Shown: one piece after another, positions 19,098 through 26,854 of the stretch | How positions within the stretch are numbered: the first letter of the stretch is position 1 | Layout of the letters: the number at the start of each line of letters is the position of its first letter | NCBI RefSeq assembly: GCF_000175255.2 | Contig: NC_017262.1 | Span: 270,001-302,000 of the forward strand | Source of the DNA: Zymomonas mobilis subsp. mobilis ATCC 10988 | Lineage (GTDB): Bacteria; Pseudomonadota; Alphaproteobacteria; Sphingomonadales; Sphingomonadaceae | DNA length: 32,000 nucleotides | Reading direction: 5' to 3' | The notes under the pieces: model-generated | Told to the model about the DNA's origin: nothing | The model's input: the letters and a program-made list of their open reading frames with translations, nothing else | Database searches by the model: none | Translations under genes and position numbers: made by a program

Positions 19098-19120
19098 AGG
19101 GTGATTTTTGGTATCACCCT
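19098..19120. repeat. Short inverted repeat between ftsY and rnpB
   Basis: agggtgat-ttttggt-atcaccct: 8-bp perfect stem, 7-nt loop; ends 4 nt before the rnpB P1 helix; no long T tract. Confidence 0.5.
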
Positions 19121-19124
19121 TCCG

Positions 19125-19493
19125 GCCAGAAGGTCGGGCGGCCGCCGGTATGTTTTGACATACGGGAGGAAAGTCCGGGCTCCAAGGAGTAACGGTGCCG
19201 GATAACATCCGGCGAGGGTGACCTCAGGGAAAGTGCCACAGAAAACAAACCGCTTTTTACTTCGGTAATAAAGTAAGGATGAAAAGGTGCGGTAAGAGCG
19301 CACCGCATTTCCGGTAACGGCAATGGCAAGGTAAACCCCACCGGGAGCAAAACCGAATAGGGATGGCATATGGGCTGGCTCCGCCCCGTCATCCGGGTTG
19401 GTTGCTGAAGACCGGAAGCAATTCCGGTTTTAGATGAATGGTCGCCTATCCAGCTTTGCTGGTGGACAGAACCCGGCTTATAGACCTTCTGGC
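19125..19493 (+). ncRNA. rnpB: RNase P RNA, bacterial class A
   Basis: Conserved segments GGAGGAAAGTCCGGGCTCC, GAAAGTGCCACAGAAA, GGTAAACCCCACC.GGAGCAA and 3' GGACAGAACCCGGCTTATAG. Ends set by an 11-bp perfect P1 helix gccagaaggtc/gaccttctggc. Confidence 0.96.
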
Positions 19494-19620
19494 GTATCAC
19501 CTCTGTTGATTTTCTTTGTCATTTGCCTCTTTTTCCTAAAGAAACTATATTCTTGGTTTTTCCGACTTTGGCCAATTTTTCGGTCGGGGGTATTCTCATA
19601 CAGGCAGAACAAGAAATATT

Positions 19621-20145
19621 ATGGCTCGATATACCAAATCCCGAGATTGGGGCTTTCCGCGTTGGCGCGGTTATAATGACAATAACCATGCTGCCCAGAA
19701 AGTAAGATTATGTGATCGCGAAGGCTGCGACAAGCCGGGTAACTTCCCTGCCCCGAAATCCCCGAACAATCCTGATCGTTGGTATTTTTGTGAAGATCAT
19801 ATCGTCGAATATAATCGCAATTGGGATTATTCCGCCGGTTTATCAAAAGAAGAAGCCGCCAAACGTCAAGCGGAAGAAAAACAACAGGCTTCTGGATATT
19901 CATCAACCAGTTACAGTTGGTCAGGTTCTGAAAACGGCCGATCCAACGAGGTGATAGAAGCCTTAAAGGTCTTGGAATTAGAGGCTGATGCCGATTTCGA
20001 GATGGTAAAAATTCAATGGCGGCAATTAGCTAAAAAATGGCATCCCGATCTTAATCAGGATGATGAAAAAGCTGTAAAACGCTTCCATGCTATTCAGGCT
20101 GCCTTTGATCTGCTGCGTAATCGGGAAGAGCGCGGCAGCTTCTAA
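19621..20145 (+). CDS. J-domain (DnaJ-like) protein with N-terminal Cys-rich segment
   Basis: 174 aa; C-terminal J domain with HPD (WRQLAKKWHPDLNQDDEKAVKRFHAIQAAFDLL); N-terminal CDREGC...FCEDH. Confidence 0.88.
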   Translation: MARYTKSRDWGFPRWRGYNDNNHAAQKVRLCDREGCDKPGNFPAPKSPNNPDRWYFCEDHIVEYNRNWDYSAGLSKEEAAKRQAEEKQQASGYSSTSYSWSGSENGRSNEVIEALKVLELEADADFEMVKIQWRQLAKKWHPDLNQDDEKAVKRFHAIQAAFDLLRNREERGSF

Positions 20146-20187
20146 CCCTGCCCGATCACATTATTTCTATAAATTATCCCGCCTCAA

Positions 20188-20622
20188 TTATTCGGTCGAT
20201 TCAGGAAGCGGCTGTTTTTGGGATATTTCGGCGGCAATATTCTGCGCCTTTTGATAAGGAACAGACACAGAAAAAGTTAAAACACTGTCGCGGATAGGCC
20301 CCCCTAATACCAGTTGGCTCAAAACAGCGCCTTTAAAACGGATTTCAATCATTTGGCTAAATCCGTTACCGGCGGTTGCCTCCGTCAATCTTTCGGTGCC
20401 TTCCCCCGTTAACGTCAACATAATGATCGGATTACCCTTTAATTGGGGTAAGGCACGGGCATCAATAATATCATTCGGGGCAATCAGTTGGTCACCGATA
20501 TAAAAACCGTTTTTATCCTTAGCTTTCCCTTTTCTAGGAACCGTCTCTTTTTCAAGCGGGATAGGTTCGGCTTTGGTAATCATGACTGGCGTCGTCGCCA
20601 ATAAAAGAGCCGATAAAATCAC
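20188..20622 (-). CDS. Exported protein with SecD P1-head-like domain
   Basis: FYIGDQLIAPNDIIDARALPQLKGNPIIMLTLTGEGTERLTEATAGNGFSQMIEIRFKGAVLSQLVLGGPI resembles the SecDF P1 head pattern. Probable GTG start overlapping the sufE stop (GTGA). Confidence 0.6.
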   Translation of the reverse strand: MILSALLLATTPVMITKAEPIPLEKETVPRKGKAKDKNGFYIGDQLIAPNDIIDARALPQLKGNPIIMLTLTGEGTERLTEATAGNGFSQMIEIRFKGAVLSQLVLGGPIRDSVLTFSVSVPYQKAQNIAAEISQKQPLPESTE

Positions 20623-21023
20623 TGATAACGCTCCGCTGTCTGCCGGATTAAAGCGATCATATTGGGGATCCCCTGCGTCCGGTTGGAACTTAACTGATTT
20701 TTCAAATCAAAAGGAGCCAATAAGGCCTCAATATCAGTATTGATGATCGCTTCGGGATTTTTATCCTGCACAGTCAGCAAAACGAGGGCAATAATCCCTT
20801 TCGTAATAGCCGCATTGGAATCCGCCAGAAAATGGAGCTTTCCATCCTCTTTCCGCATGGGATATACCCAGACAGAAGCCGAACAGCCTTTAACCTTGGT
20901 TGCCTCTGTTTTTAACGCATCGGGCATTTCTTCCAGATGTCGTCCCAGATCAATCAGCAAGCGATAACGATCATCGCTTTCCAAAAAATCATATTCTTCT
21001 TCAATATCGGCAAGTGTGGTCAT
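20619..21023 (-). CDS. sufE: SufE family cysteine desulfurase activator
   Basis: 134 aa; EEYDFLESDDRYRLLIDLGRHLEEMP, VKGCSASVWVYP with the conserved Cys. Confidence 0.94.
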   Translation of the reverse strand: MTTLADIEEEYDFLESDDRYRLLIDLGRHLEEMPDALKTEATKVKGCSASVWVYPMRKEDGKLHFLADSNAAITKGIIALVLLTVQDKNPEAIINTDIEALLAPFDLKNQLSSNRTQGIPNMIALIRQTAERYQ

Positions 21024-21155
21024 AGCATAGCATTTACTAGGTGAGGAAAGACGCGCTATTTATGGCAAAAACCGAGTAAAAATAGCAATATAAATCAGGC
21101 TAAAAACAGGGAATTATCCCGATAGTGACATTTTACACATCAAAAAACAAAAGCG

Positions 21156-21446
21156 TTATTGAGCATCAACAACCTTGTTTTCACTCTTCTTTTTTTCGGA
21201 TATCGGCTGATCCAAGGCAGTAATAGCCTGATCCAAAGCGAGATTGTGATAATTATCCGTCACAATACGCTCTAATATAGCGATGCGATCTTTTAGCGCC
21301 TGAATCTCTTCTTGCATTTCCGAAAGGTCATCGCTTTCTGCAAGTGTTACCGCTTTTTCTCCGTAATAGCGGTAACGCGCTTTTATAAGACCGCTAATCA
21401 GGACTAAGCCTATAATGACGACCACCATCAATTGACTGCCATGCAT
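21156..21446 (-). CDS. Small membrane protein with coiled coil, PspB-like
   Basis: 96 aa; N-terminal transmembrane segment MHGSQLMVVVIIGLVLISGLIKARYRY followed by LSEMQEEIQALKDRIAILERIVTDN, parallel to the PspB tail in the same operon (IEELYESARKLEERLQTIERIIAAEN). Confidence 0.7.
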   Translation of the reverse strand: MHGSQLMVVVIIGLVLISGLIKARYRYYGEKAVTLAESDDLSEMQEEIQALKDRIAILERIVTDNYHNLALDQAITALDQPISEKKKSENKVVDAQ

Positions 21447-21479
21447 TGCCTGTTTCCTATTTTTGAGGATGGGTCATTC

Positions 21480-21863
21480 TTAACGCAAATTATCTATTTC
21501 CTTGGCTAAACGTCTGTCTTGGCTGGTGATATAGGTCTCAACCTTTGCCAGACGGCCATTGATATCACGAAAACGGTTTTTGACATTGCGGAGGCTGACC
21601 GTCGGTTTGGTTCTGACCTCTTGCCAAAAACGGGTCTCATCGCTGTCCATTTCCTGTAAAGCGCGGGGTTTATCCTCGGTCAGCCATGCGGTAACAAAAT
21701 AGGCAACGACAATCCAAGGAAAGCCACCAACCAAGGTCATGATAACGGTCAAAACCCGAACAAGGGTGACATCCACACCGGCATAGTCAGCTAGTCCAGA
21801 ACAAACCCCCAATATTTTGCCATGGGCTTTATCGCGATAAAATTTGGTGCGGCGAAAATCCAT
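21480..21863 (-). CDS. pspC: Phage shock protein C domain protein
   Basis: RRTKFYRDKAHGKILGVCSGLADYAGVDVTLVRVLTVIMTLVGGFPWIVVAYFVTAWLTEDKP. Confidence 0.93.
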   Translation of the reverse strand: MDFRRTKFYRDKAHGKILGVCSGLADYAGVDVTLVRVLTVIMTLVGGFPWIVVAYFVTAWLTEDKPRALQEMDSDETRFWQEVRTKPTVSLRNVKNRFRDINGRLAKVETYITSQDRRLAKEIDNLR

Positions 21864-21880
21864 TTTTTCCTCCTGAATGC

Positions 21881-22153
21881 TTATTTGGAAAGATTGATAT
21901 GGCTGGTTGAATCTGGCTCTTTCGACGTAGAATAGATATCGGCCGCCGTATTATTTTCAGCCGCGATAATACGCTCGATCGTCTGCAAGCGTTCTTCCAG
22001 TTTCCGAGCGCTCTCATAAAGCTCTTCAATCAGATTTTCGTCAGCGGCACTGATGCTAGAGGATTTCTTCCATTGGGTAATATAATGCAGGAATATCCAA
22101 GGCACGCCGATAAACAGAATAAGGCAGACTAAAACAGGTGCCAACGAATCCAT
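21881..22153 (-). CDS. pspB: Phage shock protein B
   Basis: 90 aa; single transmembrane helix then coiled coil ending ERLQTIERIIAAEN; between pspA and pspC. Confidence 0.88.
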   Translation of the reverse strand: MDSLAPVLVCLILFIGVPWIFLHYITQWKKSSSISAADENLIEELYESARKLEERLQTIERIIAAENNTAADIYSTSKEPDSTSHINLSK

Positions 22154-22821
22154 TATTTCCCTCCTTTTTTATGCAGCCGCTTCCGCAATTCGGCCAATTC
22201 CTGATCAATCTTGTCGTCCCCTGCAAGATTGTCGATTTCTTCTTCCAAAGACATGCCCCGTATTCCGGCGGCATCTGCCTGACCTTCAGCCAGATTGACT
22301 CGTCTTTCCAGCGTCTCAAAACGGGCAAAGGCATCTTCGCTTTGTGAACCCTGATAGAGTTCCCGCATTTTCAACCGCTGTTTGGCTCCAGCATATCGTG
22401 CAGCCAAAACAGATTGGCGGCTACGCGCTTCATTCAACTTATTCTGAAGTTTGATGATATCGCCTTCGGATTTTTGCAGCGTTTCATTCAGGCTTTCTGC
22501 TTCGGCGGATAAATCGCTGATAAGGCTTTGGGCTTTATGTCTTTCAACCAAGGCTGCTTTAGCCAAATCTTCGCGATTTTTACTCAAGGCCAATTCGGCT
22601 TTATCCAACCAGTTAGCTTCGATCTTTTGTAAACGGCTAACCTGCCGTTCGATTTCTTTTTGATCGGCAATCGTTTTGGCAGCAGAAGCCCGAACCTCGA
22701 TCAGGGTTTCTTCCATTTCCAAAATAATCATCCGGATCATTTTTTCCGGGTCTTCCGACCGATTGAGAATATCAACCACATTGGCAGCAATAATATCGCG
22801 GGTTCTTGAAAAGATACTCAT
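22153..22821 (-). CDS. pspA: Phage shock protein A (ESCRT-III/Vipp1 superfamily)
   Basis: 222 aa; MSIFSRTRDIIAANVVDILNRSEDPEKMIRMIILEMEETLIEVRASAAKTIADQKEIERQ, all coiled coil. Confidence 0.97.
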   Translation of the reverse strand: MSIFSRTRDIIAANVVDILNRSEDPEKMIRMIILEMEETLIEVRASAAKTIADQKEIERQVSRLQKIEANWLDKAELALSKNREDLAKAALVERHKAQSLISDLSAEAESLNETLQKSEGDIIKLQNKLNEARSRQSVLAARYAGAKQRLKMRELYQGSQSEDAFARFETLERRVNLAEGQADAAGIRGMSLEEEIDNLAGDDKIDQELAELRKRLHKKGGK

Positions 22822-22823
22822 TC

Positions 22824-23342
22824 CTAAACCTCCGGTTTGTTTTCATTAGAAGCGAATGCAAGCTGCTCTTGCGCTAATTCCGTTGCAAAAGCCTGATTTT
22901 GTTTTCTATCCTGTTGGATGACCTGATGGTTAATATCCGCCAATTCTTGCAAATTGGAATCAAAGAGCAATTTTACTTCGATATTTTGCGCCTGTTTATG
23001 AAGGCTTTCGGGTAACGGGGGATAATAAACATTTTGCGCGACCCGAACCGCTTCCTGATCCAAAAGCTGATTTCCTGTCGGTCTAACCATATGGATATCG
23101 TAAGGATGGCCTTCTTTATCAATAGTCAGGCCAAGAACGCTTATCTGTAAACCGTCATTGGCCTGATCATTGATATCTTCATGAATAGCCTGATTTAAAT
23201 TGTGGCTGACCTTTGCCGTCCATTTTTCGAGATCATGATCTGGTGAAAAAGCAAAAGCAGGTTGTGTTGCCATCCATAGCATAGCCGCTACCGCAGAGCA
23301 GCTTTTGACCAGAGAGAAACGGCTATGAGGGAAAGAAAACAT
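22824..23342 (-). CDS. Exported TonB C-terminal-like domain protein, first gene of the psp operon
   Basis: 172 aa; signal peptide ending in AFA, then TonB_C pattern QISVLGLTIDKEGHPYDIHMVRPTGNQLLDQEAVRVAQNVYYPPLP...IEVKLLFD. Its last codons (GGAGGTTTAGGAATG) supply the pspA ribosome-binding site. Confidence 0.75.
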   Translation of the reverse strand: MFSFPHSRFSLVKSCSAVAAMLWMATQPAFAFSPDHDLEKWTAKVSHNLNQAIHEDINDQANDGLQISVLGLTIDKEGHPYDIHMVRPTGNQLLDQEAVRVAQNVYYPPLPESLHKQAQNIEVKLLFDSNLQELADINHQVIQQDRKQNQAFATELAQEQLAFASNENKPEV

Positions 23343-23390
23343 CGCTACGAAACCTTTATTGTCGTGAAATCATTGATGATGTCTTTATCT

Positions 23391-23410
23391 AAGCATCCCT
23401 CGTGCCAGTT
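23391..23410 (-). promoter_or_regulatory. Sigma-54 (RpoN) -24/-12 promoter for the TonB_C-pspABC operon
   Basis: Minus strand aactGGcacgagggatGCtt: TGGCACG-N4-ATGC against consensus TGGCACG-N4-TTGC, with exactly 10 nt between GG and GC; about 50 nt upstream of the 23342 start and facing away from pspF. Confidence 0.88.
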
Positions 23411-23470
23411 TTATTTTTTTGTTTAAAAACAAATACTTATAAAAATAATAGGATTTTCTAAAAAATCATC

Positions 23471-23483
23471 TCATATATTGATT
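23471..23483 (-). promoter_or_regulatory. Candidate IHF binding site in the pspF-psp intergenic region
   Basis: Minus strand AATCAATATATGA against WATCAANNNNTTR, one mismatch, about 65 nt upstream of the -24 element. Confidence 0.4.
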
Positions 23484-23517
23484 GCTAAATAGTGGCGTAT
23501 TTTCCTAATAATTAGTG

Positions 23518-24594
23518 ATGGGGAAAAATAATTTTGTCATTGGCCAATCAACGGCCTTTCTTGATGCTGTCGAGCAAGCCAGCCGCGCTGCCAGTTTAAA
23601 TCGACCGGTTCTAGTCATTGGGGAAAGAGGCACCGGCAAAGAACTGATCGCCGAAAGATTGCATCGTCTGTCTTCTCGTTGGGCATCACCTTTGGTGACA
23701 TTGAATTGTGCGACTTTGCCGGAAAATCTAATAGAATCCGAATTATTCGGCTATGAAGCTGGCGCTTTTACAGGAGCCATGCGTGCCAAGACAGGCCGCT
23801 TTGAACAGGCAGAAGGCGGCACCCTTTTTCTGGATGAACTGGCAACCTTGTCTTCTTCCGCGCAAGAGAGACTATTGCGCGCCGTCGAATATGGCGAGAT
23901 CAACCGCATCGGCTCTATCCGCCCAACAAAAGTCGATGTCAGAATTGTTGCCGCCACCAATGAAGACTTGCCTAGTTTAGCAGCACAAGGCCAATTCCGG
24001 TCAGATTTGCTCGATCGGCTTTCTTTTGAAGTCATTACCTTGCCGCCGCTACGCTATCGACAAGAAGACATCCCCTTATTAGCCGAATATTTCGGACGGC
24101 ATATGGCCTTGGAACTGGGATGGGATAACTGGCTTGGATTCACAGAAGAAGCCATGGTTATTCTCAAAGAGCATTCATGGCCGGGGAATGTCAGAGAATT
24201 ACGGAATGTCGTCGAACGCAGCCTTTACCGCTGGGGCGATGCGACAAAACCCATAAATCATATTGTTCTTGACCCTTTTACCTCGCCTTGGCGGCCAGTT
24301 CAGGAAGCGGCCATTGTTGAGAATGTAACGGTAAAAGATACCGTAATGACAGGAAAAGCAGTCTCGCTACCGCCTTCTGATTTCATCAAAAAAGCCTTGC
24401 AGGATGGTGATCTAAAAGCGCTTTGCCAAGATTATGAACGGCATTGCGTCGAACAAGCCTTGCAACGCCACTGTTATAATCAACGGGCAACCGCCAAAGC
24501 CCTCCATTTAAGTTACGATCAATTACGGCATATTTTGCGGCGTTATGACCTGCTGCCTGCTGGGAATAGCATTTCTCAAGCCAAAAAAGATTAA
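23518..24594 (+). CDS. pspF: PspF-like sigma-54-dependent transcriptional activator
   Basis: AAA+ domain begins directly at the N terminus (no receiver/PAS): GERGTGKELIAERLH, GAFTGAM, FLDELATL, RVDVRIVAATNEDL; Fis-type HTH at the C terminus. A GTG at 23515 precedes the ATG at 23518. Confidence 0.95.
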   Translation: MGKNNFVIGQSTAFLDAVEQASRAASLNRPVLVIGERGTGKELIAERLHRLSSRWASPLVTLNCATLPENLIESELFGYEAGAFTGAMRAKTGRFEQAEGGTLFLDELATLSSSAQERLLRAVEYGEINRIGSIRPTKVDVRIVAATNEDLPSLAAQGQFRSDLLDRLSFEVITLPPLRYRQEDIPLLAEYFGRHMALELGWDNWLGFTEEAMVILKEHSWPGNVRELRNVVERSLYRWGDATKPINHIVLDPFTSPWRPVQEAAIVENVTVKDTVMTGKAVSLPPSDFIKKALQDGDLKALCQDYERHCVEQALQRHCYNQRATAKALHLSYDQLRHILRRYDLLPAGNSISQAKKD

Positions 24595-24808
24595 ACTTTA
24601 AAGAAATCCATCACAGTGATTGAAAAACAAAACTGCCCGTTTTTATAGACAAAAAGCCTTTAAAATTGCATTAACCAACTGAAATATAATGATTTTATAA
24701 AATTTTTATTCCCTCGGGATATACTTCGTAAAAATGGTAACTTTTTGATAGTTGCTGCGTTCTTTCACCATAGGTTTGACTATACTGACAGAATTGGGAG
24801 ATCACATC

Positions 24809-25435
24809 ATGGCTTTTGCATTACCCGCCCTGCCCTTTGGCGCCAAAGACCTCGAGCCGCATATGTCCGCAGAAACGCTCGAATATCATCATGGCAAACA
24901 TCATAAATCCTATGTCGACAAAGTGAACAGCTGGGTTGATGAAAAGAAACTGGCTGGTCTGAGCCTTGTCGAGGTTATCAACAAAGCTGTTGAAACCAAG
25001 GATAAAGGCTTGTTCAACAATGCGGCACAGGCATGGAATCATAACTTCTTCTGGCTCGGCTTGGCCAAAGCAGGTCAAAAGCCCAGCGGCAAGCTCGCGT
25101 CTTTGATTGAAGAAAGCTTTGGTTCCACCGAAGCTCTGTTAGAAAAACTGGCCGCCGAAGCCGTTGGTCATTTTGGCAGCGGTTGGGCATGGCTCGTTTT
25201 GAAAGATGGCAAGCTCGCTATCACTTCTTATCATGATGGTGATACGCCGGTAGCGCATAAAGAGATAAAGCCGCTTTTGACGCTCGATGTCTGGGAACAT
25301 GCCTATTACATCGATTATCGGAACGCCCGCCCGAAATATGCCAAAGACGTGCTTTCCAATATCATTAATTGGGAATTCGTTGCTAAAAATCTCGACGGCG
25401 AAGGTGTCAGCCGTGGTGATTTAAAACAGGCTTAA
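24809..25435 (+). CDS. sodB: Superoxide dismutase [Fe]
   Basis: MAFALPALPFGAKDLEPHMSAETLEYHHGKHHKSYVDKVN, AQAWNHNFFWLGL, FGSGWAWLV, DVWEHAYYIDYRNARPKY. Start at 24809 (MAFALP) is preferred over 24752. Confidence 0.97.
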   Translation: MAFALPALPFGAKDLEPHMSAETLEYHHGKHHKSYVDKVNSWVDEKKLAGLSLVEVINKAVETKDKGLFNNAAQAWNHNFFWLGLAKAGQKPSGKLASLIEESFGSTEALLEKLAAEAVGHFGSGWAWLVLKDGKLAITSYHDGDTPVAHKEIKPLLTLDVWEHAYYIDYRNARPKYAKDVLSNIINWEFVAKNLDGEGVSRGDLKQA

Positions 25436-25458
25436 GACCAAAAGCTGAATGATACGGA

Positions 25459-25491
25459 ATGCCGGTCTGTTTTTACAGGCCGGCATTTTTT
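25459..25491. terminator. Intrinsic terminator between convergent sodB and folB
   Basis: atgccggtctg-tttttа-like loop-caggccggcat: 11-bp stem (one G-T) followed by a T run on the plus strand. Confidence 0.87.
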
Positions 25492-25497
25492 ATTCTC

Positions 25498-25920
25498 TTA
25501 ATTCGGAAAATTAGACAGGCTGACCCCGACAGATTGGCAATCCTGATAGGCATCGGGTTTGCGGACAAAAACCTTAATACGGCGAACATGCGCACGGGCA
25601 GCGATTAAATCATAGATTTCCTGCGCCAAGGTTTCTTGCAAGTTGAAACGCCGTTTTTCAACCAGCTCGGAAAGCGTCTGATGGATATAATCATAATTCC
25701 AGAAATCGGCGTTAATATCGTCATTGGTCGGCAAAACCGCTTTTTCCAATTCGATATCCAGATTTACCAGAACACGCTGACGTTTATCCAATTCGTGGCT
25801 GTGAAAGCCGATAGCGGCCATTAACATTAAATCTTCAACATGAAGCACATATGTTGTCGGCTGCAAATGGTCGGGAATAAGCCCACGGGCGGATTCCGGC
25901 CTGAATATAGTGTCACTCAT
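25498..25920 (-). CDS. folB: Dihydroneopterin aldolase family protein
   Basis: VEDLMLMAAIGFHSHELDKRQRVLVNLDIELEKAVLPTNDDINADFWNYDYIHQTLSELVEKRRFNLQETLAQEIYDLI, KPDAYQDCQSVGVSLSN. Start at 25920 (MSDTIF) preferred. Confidence 0.9.
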   Translation of the reverse strand: MSDTIFRPESARGLIPDHLQPTTYVLHVEDLMLMAAIGFHSHELDKRQRVLVNLDIELEKAVLPTNDDINADFWNYDYIHQTLSELVEKRRFNLQETLAQEIYDLIAARAHVRRIKVFVRKPDAYQDCQSVGVSLSNFPN

Positions 25921-26138
25921 AATAACCTCGAGATACAAAAATTATCTGGCCACGGGAAGCGTTGTTGTATTGTTATCGTGGTCAACCGAGCAGAAAGAGT
26001 CTTCGATTTTTCCTATCATAAAAGAGTCTTTCGATTGGTCTTTATCTATTTTTCTGTCGGTTTTGCACAATTGCCTAAAATTTAGGCACGCCAAGAAAGC
26101 CCCCTAAAAATAAGGCGTTTTTTGGCTTTTCCCCAATC

Positions 26139-26147
26139 TTATCCACA
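26139..26147 (+). promoter_or_regulatory. Perfect DnaA box TTATCCACA
   Basis: Exact match in the intergenic region between divergent folB and the GNAT gene; an inverted one-mismatch copy (tggggataa) is at 26164..26172. Confidence 0.5.
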
Positions 26148-26316
26148 GGTTGATCCTCTTCTCTGGGGATAAATATCTTCGATTACACAGACATAGCGTA
26201 TCTTTTTTTTCAAAAGAGAAAGAGAATCATTCCGAAATAAAAAAAAGCACCGTAAAAGCGCAGGTCTTTGAAAAAGAAATTTATTTTCTTCCACCATAAT
26301 CGAGGCATATGAAAGA

Positions 26317-26850
26317 GTGACAACGCTTGTTCCCCTAAACCGGATAGATTCACAAAAAATAGAAGATTTACTCGATATCGGTTTCGGTAAAGATCGCCAT
26401 GGCCGAACGGCCTATCGGTTGCGACAAGGGGTAAGCGCGATTCCTGAACTTTCTTTTGCCGCGGTTGATGGCGATATTTTGCAGGGCATTATCCAATGCT
26501 GGCCTATTCGGCTTTCCTGTCTGAACGGTAAAAAGCTGCCGATGATTTTACTGGGACCCGTGGCGGTGCATCCTGATTATCAAGGTCATGGTATCGGACA
26601 GACTTTGGTGCAACATAGCCTTGATGTTGCCGATAGCAGTGACATAACAGGCCATGATGCGGTGATGTTGATTGGCGACCCCGAATATTATAACCGTTTC
26701 TTTGGCTTTTCTGACGAGGAAACGGGCGACTGGCGGTTGCCGGGTCCTGTTGAAAAACGGCGTTTACTTGCCCGTTTGACGTCTCCGCGCTTGCGAGATC
26801 GAGCTGGCATGGTTGAAGCCGATGCGCCGGCCCTCCAAAAGGAAGGCTGA
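26317..26850 (+). CDS. GNAT family N-acetyltransferase
   Basis: 177 aa; LLGPVAVHPDYQGHGIGQTLVQHSLD, VMLIGDPEYYNRFFGF. GTG start. Confidence 0.88.
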   Translation: MTTLVPLNRIDSQKIEDLLDIGFGKDRHGRTAYRLRQGVSAIPELSFAAVDGDILQGIIQCWPIRLSCLNGKKLPMILLGPVAVHPDYQGHGIGQTLVQHSLDVADSSDITGHDAVMLIGDPEYYNRFFGFSDEETGDWRLPGPVEKRRLLARLTSPRLRDRAGMVEADAPALQKEG

Positions 26851-26854
26851 TTTC

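Noticed and set aside
19114-19500. ORFs over rnpB (19114..19500 -, 19034..19369 -, 18897..19205 +, 19434..19676 +)
   Set aside because: They lie across the RNase P RNA gene and have no protein-like features.
24821-25078. 85-aa minus-strand ORF inside sodB
   Set aside because: Antisense to a strongly conserved gene, not credible.
25910-26107. 65-aa plus-strand ORF upstream of the GNAT gene
   Set aside because: Overlaps the folB start and the intergenic region, no ribosome-binding site or domain; the region is better explained as regulatory.
26089-26130. Possible small-RNA terminator (acgcc...ggcgttttttgg) between folB and the GNAT gene
   Set aside because: Stem of only about 5 bp with a ~20-nt loop; the T run alone is insufficient evidence.
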